A stretch of 64,000 nt of DNA, from assembly GCA_963723055.1 (NCBI GenBank), contig CAVROV010000002.1, positions 98,633-162,632 of the forward strand, written 5' to 3'. The position numbers and the translations under genes were made by a program. A model generated the notes under the pieces. It did not search any database, had not been told where the DNA came from, and worked only from the letters and a program-made list of their open reading frames with translations. This document shows positions 15,905 through 25,802 of the stretch, one piece after another (within the stretch, counting starts at the first letter, position 1; every line of letters starts with the position of its first letter). The stretch is from Terriglobia bacterium (GTDB taxonomy: Bacteria > Acidobacteriota > Terriglobia > Terriglobales > Acidobacteriaceae).

Positions 15905-18407
15905 TCACTCAGAGCGCAGTGCCTCTGACGGATCGACTCTGGCAGCCCGAGCAGCAGGTAGCGCCGATGCGATCACTGCGGCAGCAAGGATTACCGCAGC
16001 GGACGCAATCAAGGGCAACATGCCCGGCGATTGCAGTTCTGCAAAGTGCCCGCCGATGGTACGTTCGAGAGCAAAACCAACCACAAAACCCGCGGCCACG
16101 CCTACACTCGCAATGACCAGTCCCTCTTTGAGGACCTTGGTAAGAATACTGCGGGGCTGAGCGCCCAGGGCCTGGCGGATTCCAAACTCGCGCGTGCGCC
16201 CGCTTACGGAAAAGGCGAGCACGCCCGCCACTCCCACCACAGAAATCAACAGTGCCAGCGTGGCGAATCCGCCGAATACGATTGCGTTGAGACGGTCAGG
16301 CGTTAGCACTTCCGCGCGCACATCTTCCAGCGAACTGGCCCGCTCCACGGGCTGGTCTGCCGCCATGTCATGGATTGTTCGGGTGATGGTGGGAACCAGC
16401 GCATATGGATCATTCTGCGCGCGCACGAAAAGACGGCCGTTCCAGCCTTCCTGAGTTGACGGTTGATATACCGTCATGGCCGGCGACGGGATGATGTTTT
16501 CATCGTCAACGTCGGGCACCACGCCGATGATCCGCCGCGGCTCCGTGCTGATGCCAATGAACTTCATCACGCCGTCCGTCCATTGCAGATGGCGGTCTAC
16601 TGCCTCACGCCCGGGAAATAGCCTCTGGGCCACGCTCCTGCTGATGATCACTACGCGCTCCGCGCCGTCACGGTCGGTGTCCCTGAAGTCGCGGCCTTCC
16701 ATAATCGGCACGCCCAGGGTTTCAAAAAATCCGGGGGATATCGACCGGAAGCGTGCGCGCAGGTCCTCGCTGTTTTCACGCCGCGCTCCCTCCACAGAGA
16801 AGGTGAAGCTGATACTCAGGGCCCGGCCATCGCGCCAGGGAACGCCGAAACCTGAAGAAACATGTTGCACTCCGGGCAGCGTGCTCACCCGGCGCTGCAC
16901 TTCGCGATAAAAATCCTGTACCTGCTGCGGCGTTTTCCCTTCCGCCATCACCGGCAGATTCACCGCCAGAACGTGCGCTGTTTCAAATGGCGGCTGCGTT
17001 TTCTCCAGCACCAGCAGAGTTTTCACCAGCGCGCCCGCTCCGGCCAGCAACAGGAATGACGCCGTGATCTGTGTCACGGCAAAAATGCCAAGCCGTCCGG
17101 CTGCTTCCTCCGCTCACACGCACACTGCTTGATAGGCTGAATCCCGCAGAAGTATCCGGGGAAGGCAGGCGAGGTACAAACGCAAGAAAAACGGCGGCAA
17201 CCATCGCGAGCGCAACTCCAATCCAAATCATGCTGAAATCAAGCGTGAGATCGAGAGCGCGCACTGAAAACCGCGAAGCATAGCGGCCCAGCACGGCCAC
17301 CATCGGCGCTGCAATGGCAATGCCGGCCAGCGCGCCACTGCCGCAAAGCACAATTCCTTCCGCCAACAGCGAACGCCTGAACGCGCTGGTGGTTGCTCCC
17401 AGCGCAGCGCGAATTGCCATCTCCGGTTCGCGGCGCACCGCTCGCGCCAGAATAAGGTTGGCGACGTTGGAGCAGGCAATCACAAACAGCAGGCCAGACG
17501 CCGCGAACAGCACCCACAAAATGGTCCGCGCACGCGAATTGATCTGGTCATGCATACGCGTTACTTCAATCTTGTAATGGTCCCCGGGCTTGTAAACATC
17601 CGGATGTGCGGACACCATGGCCGCATGCACCGTACTCAATTCCGCTCGGGCGGCATCCAGGTCTGCGCTGGGAGCAAGCCGCGCAAACACCTCGGTCATG
17701 CGATGCTCGCGGCCGGTTACCATCGTCGCCGAGAGGTGATGCGGGCTGGTGACGATGTTGGCTATCATCTCGGTTTCCACCGGATACGGGACTGATGGTT
17801 CCAAAACGCCAACGATCGTGGCGGAACGGCTGCCCTCAAAGCCCCCAAGACGGACCACTTTCCCAATCACGCCCTGGTCAGAATGGAGCGAGTTCACCCA
17901 GAACCGGTATGTCAGCACCGCCGCGCCAGCAGCTTTTGGGCCGTCGTCGCCGGGATTGAGCAGGCGTCCAAGCACCGGGCGCAGGCCCATCACGTCAAAG
18001 TAATTGCCATCCACTACGCCAGCGCGAATCTCGCGCGGCTCGCCCAGACCGACAATGGTGAAATCGACGGCGGAAAAAGTGCCAAGTTCCTTGATGCTCT
18101 TCAGCCCGCTGCCAATGTCATTTATTTCCGGAACTGAGAAGGTAGTATTGTCGGCGCCAATTCCCGGGGCGCTCTGGCGCACGTAGAGCAGGCGATCTTC
18201 ATCGCGATTCGCCAGCGGCCGCAGAAGCACACCGCGAATCACGCTGAAGATGGCCGCGTTTGCGCCAATGCCCAGAGCCAGAGTGATGGCTACGGTGAAC
18301 CATAATGCCCGCGCTCGGGCTAAAGAACGTATCGCAATTTTCAAATCGCGAAGAAAAGACATGGGGGCCTCACTTGTGTGCTTATAACAATGTCTGCTGA
18401 GTGGCAC
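15905..18407 (-). CDS. ADOP-family duplicated FtsX/MacB-like ABC permease, apparent frameshift near 17080-17100
   Basis: ORFs 16983-18407 and 15905-17077 are the two halves (MacB-like periplasmic domain plus FtsX TM bundle, twice). The junction reads ...SSSVRVSGGSSR / LGIFAVTQITASFLLLAGAGAL in different frames. Confidence 0.8.
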
Positions 18408-18672
18408 AACGGTATAGCTGATTTAGGTTAGACGTACAAAGGCTGGTTAGAGAAGCGGGGAAAATGGGCTCATGTTCGTGGCCCCAAAGAGTCACTCCAG
18501 ACCTGAAAACTCTTGGCGCGATCGGTTTCAGGGCACGAACTGAGGGCAAACAGCAAGGCTGCGGTTTTGAGCTTCTGGGGAAACTCGACTAGCGAGAGCT
18601 CAACGAGTGCAGCTGATGTGCCGTAGAAGAAAAGAACGCACGCGTGTTAAGCCATGCGTGCGTTCCTGATAC

Positions 18673-20166
18673 CTATTTTTGCCGGGCAAGAACACCTTGT
18701 CCAATCTGGTTGGCATCTGTCTCAATGAATAGCGCCTGGCTGCTATCCGCTGCATAAAGGATGACGTCCCGGGTGCCGAAACCTGTGTTGAGGACTCCAG
18801 TAGCGCGTCCATTGGGTACGAATGCATATGTGCCGCTCACGTTCACGGCGCGCGCCAAAGACCCTCCATCGTTCAGATTCAGCGCGCCGCTGAATTGGCC
18901 GCTGCCATTGGCGTTGAGTTGAGCGATCAAGCCAAATTCGTGATTGTTGCCGGTCCCGGATAAGGTGGCCCCATAACTTCCGCTCAGGGTGCTGCTGGAG
19001 AAATTTCCAGTTTGAGCAAGAGCGACCCCGCTTGCTACGGTGGTGCTGTCGAGTTCGAGCAACTGGATGCCTCCTGTGGAGGGATAACCGACCAGATTGA
19101 TGGCGCCGCCGTTGAGGGAGATGGTCGCACGATTGCCGGTGATCGAGTATGTGCCGGCCAAAGCGGAGTTGAGGGTCACCGTACCACCATCGTTTGTGTC
19201 ACGAAGGCTGTTCAGAATATTTCCTGCACCATCGGTATTGAGAATTCCGCCTGTGGCGAACGCGCCGTTTGCGCTCTTTCCCGCCATAGTAAATGCAAAC
19301 GAACCGGAAATGGTTGTGCCGGTTACCCGATAGGCGTCACCGGTAAGTACGTCGAACTCGCCCGACTGAAGCCGCAGATGGTTGGCATCCACAATGGTAG
19401 CAAGGTAGATCTGTAGCGGATCAATAGCTGTCGAAAACTGAACGCCTCCGCGACCGAGTCCGGAAACCACAAACACCTCAGAAGCAGGGCCAAGCTGCAT
19501 CGCGACGTTGGTCTGGATCGTACCATTGTCGTTGCTGTCCATGGTTCCACTGGTAATCAATCCCGAGCTATCAACCGTAAACACACCAACAGATGCTTTG
19601 TGCTTCCCGGCGGTATCGGTTCCACTCATGTTGAACGCCCAGGTACCGCTGAGGTCTGCCACAGCGAGAGAAGTATTCAGCTTGTCCAGCGTGCCACTTG
19701 GACTGGCATCGTTGTCAAAACGAATCACCTGCCCGTGCTGGTTCGAAACGAGCACAAAATCGAGGACAACTGGGCCCACAATGTCGGTTGACAAATTGGC
19801 CGTGCCTCGCCCGTCCGAGTTCACACTGTAAGTCCCGGAAAAGCCCTGGTTGCCGAAGCTTCCTGGGCCGATGCCTGTTAATGTATTGACAGTATAGAAG
19901 GTATGCCCCTGCGACACATTGCCAAGACCATCCGCCACAAACGTACCTATGAGGCTATAGAGCCCGGCTGTAGGGACGCCACCAACTGCTAAGGCATTTG
20001 AACTGAAGCCGTTGACTGTAAAGGCGTAGGCTCCATTTAGACTCGCAATGGTGAACTGCGGTGGAAGTGGGGGCTGAGGCTGGGTCTGGCTTGAGCCGCC
20101 ACATCCGACTAGTAAAAACAAAAATGGCAATATGCCAATGCTGCCTAAAAATGAACTTTTGCGCAT
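18673..20166 (-). CDS. hypothetical lipoprotein with about 7 degenerate internal repeats
   Basis: Lipobox FLLVGCGG. Recurring L-x-G-[AST]-[YW]-[AS]-F...G...D..GN...G modules. No family recognised. Confidence 0.6.
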   Translation of the reverse strand: MRKSSFLGSIGILPFLFLLVGCGGSSQTQPQPPLPPQFTIASLNGAYAFTVNGFSSNALAVGGVPTAGLYSLIGTFVADGLGNVSQGHTFYTVNTLTGIGPGSFGNQGFSGTYSVNSDGRGTANLSTDIVGPVVLDFVLVSNQHGQVIRFDNDASPSGTLDKLNTSLAVADLSGTWAFNMSGTDTAGKHKASVGVFTVDSSGLITSGTMDSNDNGTIQTNVAMQLGPASEVFVVSGLGRGGVQFSTAIDPLQIYLATIVDANHLRLQSGEFDVLTGDAYRVTGTTISGSFAFTMAGKSANGAFATGGILNTDGAGNILNSLRDTNDGGTVTLNSALAGTYSITGNRATISLNGGAINLVGYPSTGGIQLLELDSTTVASGVALAQTGNFSSSTLSGSYGATLSGTGNNHEFGLIAQLNANGSGQFSGALNLNDGGSLARAVNVSGTYAFVPNGRATGVLNTGFGTRDVILYAADSSQALFIETDANQIGQGVLARQK

Positions 20167-20469
20167 GTTTATCCCCCGCGACGCGGATTCTATACCTAGT
20201 CCTACTTAAGAAGAACGAAGATTGGTAAAGATAGCTGCGTTTTTTTTTACTTGAGCGGAATAGTTTTAGATTATTGAAATTTGATCTCACGACCATCGCA
20301 TGCAAAAGTCTAGTTTTGGCTTGTTCAGAACCCATTAAGAGCGGGTCTGCCAATTCGCCCAAGAATAATCCCCTTATGTCTTCGCGCTGCCGCAAAATCA
20401 TGCTCCGCGAGAGTTCGAGATCGGTTCCCGTGCTCCTTCGCGTTCGTTGCAGCCTTTGCGGTGAACTGG

Positions 20470-21096
20470 CTATGCCGGAGTAATTCGCAGAATGTCATAC
20501 TTCACTTCCACGCTCCGGCCTGGGAACTCGGCTTCGATGCGCTGCCTGAGCTGTGGAACCGTCGGCGACCCGTTCTGGCCATTAAGGCCGCGTGCATCGT
20601 CCATCAGGATCACGTGCTGATATCGTTTATCTTTCAGAATGGATTCAAGTTCGCTGGTCAGGCGCTGTTTGTCACCCTGGAGGCCGGCCCAGCCGTAGTA
20701 GCCGGCATCAAGCCAGAAGAGCGCAGGCTGCTTCAGTGATTTCAGCAACTCTGGCACGACTGTCTGGCTGTCGCCTTCATGAATATGCACGTGCCGCGAA
20801 CTTAAAAACTTTTTTGCGGCGCGTTGCGCCAGCGCAGAATCAAACTCCACGGAATGGATTTCCGCAAAGCGGTTTTTCATGGCTGCCACCATCTCGCCGT
20901 AGTAAGTTCCTGTTTCCACCAGCACGCGCAGATCGTAACGGCTGGCGTATTCGCGGACGGTGCGCTGCTTGAGCAGGTGCGGAGAACGAATCGGCTCGCC
21001 GCGCAGCTTCCAGTACCAGTAGTCGGGATAATGGCCCAGCGATTTATAAACACCGTAAAATGGAGTTCGCGCCAGCAGTTTGCGGAAAGCTTTCAT
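20470..21096 (-). CDS. putative class I SAM-dependent (O-)methyltransferase
   Basis: VLVETGTYYGEM (motif I-like), EGDSQTVVPELL, ALFWLDAGYY, resembling TylF/CmcI-type methyltransferases. Start taken at MKAFRKLL. Confidence 0.5.
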   Translation of the reverse strand: MKAFRKLLARTPFYGVYKSLGHYPDYWYWKLRGEPIRSPHLLKQRTVREYASRYDLRVLVETGTYYGEMVAAMKNRFAEIHSVEFDSALAQRAAKKFLSSRHVHIHEGDSQTVVPELLKSLKQPALFWLDAGYYGWAGLQGDKQRLTSELESILKDKRYQHVILMDDARGLNGQNGSPTVPQLRQRIEAEFPGRSVEVKYDILRITPA

Positions 21097-21128
21097 TGAA
21101 CTCGAAGCATAAGGGTGCGGAGAAAACC

Positions 21129-22019
21129 ATGTCAAACCAGAAACGCCGTTTGCCGTTTGTGCAGGTGGATGTTTTTACCTCAGTTCCGCTGGAAGGGAAC
21201 CAGCTCGCCGTGTTCGCCGATGGGCGCTCCCTCAGCGATGCTGAGATGCAGGCGATCGCGAAAGAGACCAACCTGTCTGAAACCACGTTCATCCTGCCGC
21301 GCGATGCCGCCACCGAGCGCGAACGCGGCGTGCGCGTGCGCATCTTCACCACCACGGAAGAACTGCCCTTTGCCGGACATCCCACGCTGGGCACGGCCAT
21401 GGTCTTGAGGGGCGACAGCGGCGCTGAAGAAGTTGCGCTGGACCTGAACATCGGACGCATTCCCGTACGCTTCTCCACGCGCGACGGCCTGCCCTTCGGA
21501 ATAATGGCACAGCGCGATCCTGAATTTAAGCAGAAGCATTCGCGCGAAGACGTTGCCCGCGCCGCCGGGTTAGCCATCGATGATATTGCCGACGATCTAC
21601 CGATACAGACAGTCAGCACTGGCAATCCATTCGCCATGGTTCCGCTGAAATCTCTCGCAGTCCTGCAAAATCTTTCCCCGGCATGGGCCAGCCTGAAAGC
21701 ATACCTGGAAAAGACTGACGCAAAGTTTTTGTACTTCGTTTCGCGAGAGACTCTCAATCCTGATGCAAAGCTGCAATCGCGCATGTTCTTTTACAACGGT
21801 GAAGACCCCGCCACCGGCTCGGCGGCCGGCCCATGTGCCGCGTGGGCGGTGCAATATGGCGTGGTCCCGGCTGACCAGCAGGTGCTGATGGAACAAGGCG
21901 TTGAGATGAAGCGGCGCAGCAGGATATTTTTCAGCGCCGGGCGCAATGGTGACAGGATTGTCAACGTGCGCGTGGGCGGTCACGTGGTAGAAGTCGTGGG
22001 CGGAGAATTTATTTTGTAG
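21129..22019 (+). CDS. PhzF-family isomerase
   Basis: LPFVQVDVFT, GNQLAVF, SETTFILP, FAGHPTLGTA, EDPATGSAAG. Start at ATG 21129. Confidence 0.85.
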   Translation: MSNQKRRLPFVQVDVFTSVPLEGNQLAVFADGRSLSDAEMQAIAKETNLSETTFILPRDAATERERGVRVRIFTTTEELPFAGHPTLGTAMVLRGDSGAEEVALDLNIGRIPVRFSTRDGLPFGIMAQRDPEFKQKHSREDVARAAGLAIDDIADDLPIQTVSTGNPFAMVPLKSLAVLQNLSPAWASLKAYLEKTDAKFLYFVSRETLNPDAKLQSRMFFYNGEDPATGSAAGPCAAWAVQYGVVPADQQVLMEQGVEMKRRSRIFFSAGRNGDRIVNVRVGGHVVEVVGGEFIL

Positions 22020-22255
22020 AGCAGAATTTATTTTTATCGAAGATCGCCGCAGCAAGCGGTTCGTTTTCCGCGCTTTGCAGTCGCGTTTGAAATCTAAAGA
22101 AAGTTCTCCACAGAGTTTTCCACTTGTTGGCGTTTCGGTTACTTGCTTCCGCGCTTCGGATGCCGTAAAGTTCCTGAACCAAAGTAACAAACACCCAGCC
22201 GTAAAAAATTCCGTTGACGCCAGGCCAGCACGGAAAAAAGCTTCCAGGGGGAAAG

Positions 22256-22672
22256 ATGCGACCGAAAAGAACGATTCTGTGCGTGGACGACAATGAGCAG
22301 GCGCTTTCCATACGAAAAGTGATGCTGGAAACTCGCGGTTACCGCGTGCTCGCTTGCAGCAATGGTCAGCAGGCGCTGGACGCCTTCAGGCAAGGCGGCG
22401 TTGACCTGGTCTTGAGTGACCTGCAAATGCCCGGCCTGGACGGCGCGGAACTGGTGAACAGGATCAAAGAGCTTTCCTCCGCCACTCCTGCCATTCTTTT
22501 TTCCGGCAAGACACGGTTTTACGAGAAAGACACGCGAGCCGATCTCTTTTTGCCCAAAGGAATGTACGCACCGATTGAATTACTGGAGCGAATCAGGCTC
22601 ATGCTGGTGAAGAAGCGCGGACCGAAGCGCGGACCCGCGCCTGAGCCTGTCAGGATGCAGGCGGCAAGTTAG
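22256..22672 (+). CDS. single-domain response regulator (CheY-like receiver)
   Basis: ILCVDDNE, DLVLSDLQMPGLDG (phospho-acceptor Asp), PAILFSGK. Confidence 0.8.
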   Translation: MRPKRTILCVDDNEQALSIRKVMLETRGYRVLACSNGQQALDAFRQGGVDLVLSDLQMPGLDGAELVNRIKELSSATPAILFSGKTRFYEKDTRADLFLPKGMYAPIELLERIRLMLVKKRGPKRGPAPEPVRMQAAS

Positions 22673-22863
22673 CGTCAGCGACAATCTTATGTGGAATTAA
22701 CTGGCGAGGCCCGAGCACGCCGAGTCGGTCGCGTCGGGAGCGGGAAAAATGGATCCGATGATCGACTCACCAGCGGTTTGGAGCGCAGCGACAGAATAGA
22801 ATGTCGCGCTTTGCCGCTGTCTGACCGCTTTCTCTCCGTCGGCAGTCTGATAATATCGAATGA

Positions 22864-23568
22864 GTGGCTCCCATCATCCAGGCTGAAAACGTTACCAAGG
22901 TTTACCGCATCGGCAAGGTCGATGTGCCCGCTCTCCGCGGCGTGAGCTTCAGTGTGGAGAAGGGCGAATTTGTCAGCATCGTTGGGCCTTCTGGCAGCGG
23001 CAAATCAACCCTCTTCTATATTCTTGGCGGCCTGACGCGGGCTACGTCCGGTCGCGTGACCATTGATGGCGCGGATTTTGCCCAGCTTTCTGACGCGCAA
23101 CGCACGGAAATGCGAAAACAGAAGATCGGTTTTGTCTTCCAGAAATTCAATCTTCTGCCTACGCTCACCGCCAAGGGAAACATTGAAATTGCGCGCGAGA
23201 TCGCCGGGAAAAACGGCCTCGACAAGAAGCTGTTCGACCAGGTCACGCAGATGCTGGGCATTGCCGGGCGACTCGATCACCGGCCATCAGAGCTTTCCGG
23301 CGGAGAACAACAGCGTGTGGCGCTGGCCCGTGCCGTCGTCAACGGACCGGCTCTGATCCTGGCCGACGAACCCACCGGCAACCTGGATTCGAAAAACTCT
23401 GAAATCGTGTTGAAGATGCTTCGTGACGCCAACAGGCAATTCGGCCAGACCGTGCTGATGATCACGCATAACCCTGAGGCTGCTGAAGTCGGTGACCGGA
23501 TCATTCATATGCGCGATGGCTCCATCGTTTCGGCGGAACAGGATCCGCAGTGGGTGAGTAGGCATTAG
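22864..23568 (+). CDS. ABC transporter ATP-binding protein (MacB/LolD-like)
   Basis: Walker [11 protein letters not shown]-loop, signature LSGGEQQR, Walker [10 protein letters not shown]-loop ITHN. GTG start. Confidence 0.9.
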   Translation: MAPIIQAENVTKVYRIGKVDVPALRGVSFSVEKGEFVSIVGPSGSGKSTLFYILGGLTRATSGRVTIDGADFAQLSDAQRTEMRKQKIGFVFQKFNLLPTLTAKGNIEIAREIAGKNGLDKKLFDQVTQMLGIAGRLDHRPSELSGGEQQRVALARAVVNGPALILADEPTGNLDSKNSEIVLKMLRDANRQFGQTVLMITHNPEAAEVGDRIIHMRDGSIVSAEQDPQWVSRH

Positions 23569-23749
23569 GAGGTCGGGGCATCGGGGTGATCGCCGTGATC
23601 GAGTGATCGGCATAATCATTCAGTTCGCGTCCGAACAGGTTTCTTGGGGCGGCCCTCGTCAATTCTCCGGCTACTTAGGCCTTTCACTTTCCCGACCAGA
23701 AGATCACCAGATTACCGGATCTCTCGATGACCGATCTCCCGATCCACAA

Positions 23750-23778
23750 TTGACCGTGCATTTTCATAACGTTATAAT
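23750..23778 (+). promoter_or_regulatory. sigma-70-type promoter for the tRNA-Gly/tRNA-Cys pair
   Basis: TTGACC (23750-23755), a 17-nt spacer, TATAAT (23773-23778), 15 nt upstream of tRNA-Gly. Confidence 0.6.
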
Positions 23779-23793
23779 AGGCAAATCCTCTGA

Positions 23794-23868
23794 GCGGGAG
23801 TAACTCAGTGGTAGAGTGCGACCTTGCCAAGGTCGAAGTCGCGGGTTCAACTCCCGTCTCCCGCTCCA
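23794..23868 (+). tRNA. tRNA-Gly (GCC)
   Basis: GCGGGAG acceptor pairs with CTCCCGC, anticodon loop CTTGCCAAG, T loop GGTTCAACTCC, encoded CCA. Confidence 0.95.
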
Positions 23869-23947
23869 TAATTTTTCTCGCGGTTGCCCCACGCACCGGA
23901 GAGGGTTTATGCTCTCAGGGCCAGCACAGGCGGGCACTCAGTTCAAG

Positions 23948-24022
23948 GGCGCGGTACCCAAGTGGTAAGGGAGAGGTCTGCAAAACCTTTATGCGTCGGT
24001 TCGATTCCGACCCGCGCCTCCA
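23948..24022 (+). tRNA. tRNA-Cys (GCA)
   Basis: GGCGCGG acceptor pairs with CCGCGCC, anticodon loop TCTGCAAAA, T loop GGTTCGATTCC, encoded CCA. Confidence 0.95.
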
Positions 24023-24033
24023 AATTCAATCCC

Positions 24034-25245
24034 TCATCCGATGGCGGCCAGCGCCTGCTCCACGTCCGCGATCAAATCTTCAATTGACTCCAGCCCCGTG
24101 TACAGCCGGACCAGCCGGCTACCATAGGCGGGACGCTTGGGCGACTGGAGATCATAGGTCATGGCCAGGCTGGTAACGCCGCCCCAGCTATAGCCGATCT
24201 TGAATAGCCGCAGCGCGTCAATGAAAGCCAGCACTTGCTCTTTGCTGTACTGCGGCCTGAACACGATGGAAAACAATCCGGTAGAGCCGGTGAAATCGCG
24301 CTTCCACAGGTCATGTCCAGGACAAGAAGGCAACGCAGGATGCAAAACGATTTCAATTTCCGGGCGCTCACTGAGCCATTGCGCCAATGCAAGAGCCGTT
24401 TGCTCAACGGCCTTGAGCCGCACGGCCATGGTCTTCATGCCGCGCAGCGCCAGGCTGCAATCGTCGGGTGACGCGGCGCATCCCAGTACCTGGTGGGTCT
24501 CACCCAGGCGCTCATATATTATTTCGTCGCGCACCGTAACCGAACCCAGCAGCAGGTCGCTGTGTCCGCCAACATATTTGGTTAGTGCCTGCATCGTCAC
24601 GTCCATGCCCAGGGCAAACGCGTCCAGGTAAATGCCGGCGGCCCAGGTATTGTCCAGCACAACCAGCGCGCTGTGCTCATGCGCGGCTTGCGCGATGGCG
24701 GGAAGATCCTGCACCTCCATGGTGATGGACCCGGGGCTTTCACACCACACCATCCGCGTATTCGGCTTGAACTCAGAACCGATAGCAGCGCCAGCGCCCG
24801 GCGGATAGTAACTTACCTCAACGCCAAAGCGCCGCAGCACGCCGTTGGAAAACATTCGATTCGGTCCATAGATGCTTTCCGGCAGCAGCACGTGGTCGCC
24901 AGTCTTGAGCAGCGCCAGATGGATCAGAGAAATCGCCGCCTGTCCTCCGGGAGTGATAAACGTGCGAAAACCTTTTTCCAGTTCGCAGACGCGCGCTGCA
25001 AGATCCAGCGTAGTGGGCGTGCCGTAAAGCCCGTAGGTATAGCCGACTTCGAGCTGGTTCCAGCGATCGCTGGCCGCGGCCGCCTCCGCAAAAATGACCG
25101 TGGATCCGCGATACACCGGCGTTGCGAGCGCGCGAAAGCCCTCCGGCACGGTGGCGTCTGAATGAATGAGCCTGGTTTTCCAATCTTTGGTTTTCCAGTC
25201 TTTTTTGTTTACGCTCGTGTTCGTCGCGTCTTTCTTATTTGCCAT
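24034..25245 (-). CDS. metC: cystathionine beta-lyase (trans-sulfuration PLP enzyme family)
   Basis: Family blocks ATPVYRGSTVIF, YGLYGTPT, the TKYVGGHSD Lys region, and C-terminal RLYTGLESIEDLIADVEQAL. Confidence 0.8.
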   Translation of the reverse strand: MANKKDATNTSVNKKDWKTKDWKTRLIHSDATVPEGFRALATPVYRGSTVIFAEAAAASDRWNQLEVGYTYGLYGTPTTLDLAARVCELEKGFRTFITPGGQAAISLIHLALLKTGDHVLLPESIYGPNRMFSNGVLRRFGVEVSYYPPGAGAAIGSEFKPNTRMVWCESPGSITMEVQDLPAIAQAAHEHSALVVLDNTWAAGIYLDAFALGMDVTMQALTKYVGGHSDLLLGSVTVRDEIIYERLGETHQVLGCAASPDDCSLALRGMKTMAVRLKAVEQTALALAQWLSERPEIEIVLHPALPSCPGHDLWKRDFTGSTGLFSIVFRPQYSKEQVLAFIDALRLFKIGYSWGGVTSLAMTYDLQSPKRPAYGSRLVRLYTGLESIEDLIADVEQALAAIG

Positions 25246-25314
25246 GGTGGAGATTGTAAAGCCAACTGCTTGTAGCCGGCAGGAGTTAAGAAAGCAGGCG
25301 CGAAGAATTTGGTC

Positions 25315-25656
25315 CTAGATGTTTTCGGTTACGCCTGGAACCTGCCAGCCGTCGTATTCGCCGTTCAGTTCGTCGGCAAAGAGATCAAGCTCCGTTTGCA
25401 ATGCGTTCAGATTTTCGATTGGCCCAGGCTGCCGCGCTTGCAGCTGTACTTTCTCTATTTCGGCGTTAAGGCTGACCGATTCGATCGTCCAGCCCCGCTC
25501 TTGCAGGCGATGGACAGCTCGGTCGGCTTCGGCTTGGTCAGAGAAAAAGAAATAGTGGTCGAGCGACACGGCGTTAGCCAGCGCTTCGTCGAGCTTCTCG
25601 TCGGCCTCAGAACGCTTCGGGCTTGGGCTCAGGAAAGATCGGATGCCTTCAAACAT
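25315..25656 (-). CDS. RraB-family (ribonuclease E inhibitor-like) protein
   Basis: LDHYFFFSDQAEADRAV...GWTIE...and terminal GEYDGW block resemble the RraB family. Confidence 0.6.
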   Translation of the reverse strand: MFEGIRSFLSPSPKRSEADEKLDEALANAVSLDHYFFFSDQAEADRAVHRLQERGWTIESVSLNAEIEKVQLQARQPGPIENLNALQTELDLFADELNGEYDGWQVPGVTENI

Positions 25657-25802
25657 GATCGTTCATCAATCATACAATGGCGATGCGAGGCAAATTGGGA
25701 CGCTTCATGCATTTCAGAACGTCCGCGCGCCACGTTATAATCACTAGTTTTGCGTCGCTTCGCGAACGCATACGTATTCCGCACTCATAAAAGAGGGACA
25801 GT

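Noticed and set aside
23585-23745. Clusters of gtgatcg/gatcacc repeats, considered as a possible CRISPR array
   Set aside because: The units are 7-10 nt, irregularly spaced, partly inverted, have no spacers of uniform length, and no cas genes are present. They are better described as REP-like litter.
23794-25245. Integrase or prophage next to the tRNA-Gly/tRNA-Cys pair, and likewise next to tRNA-Ser
   Set aside because: The flanking genes are core metabolism (ABC ATPase, metC, recN, PilZ). No integrase or att-like duplicate was seen.
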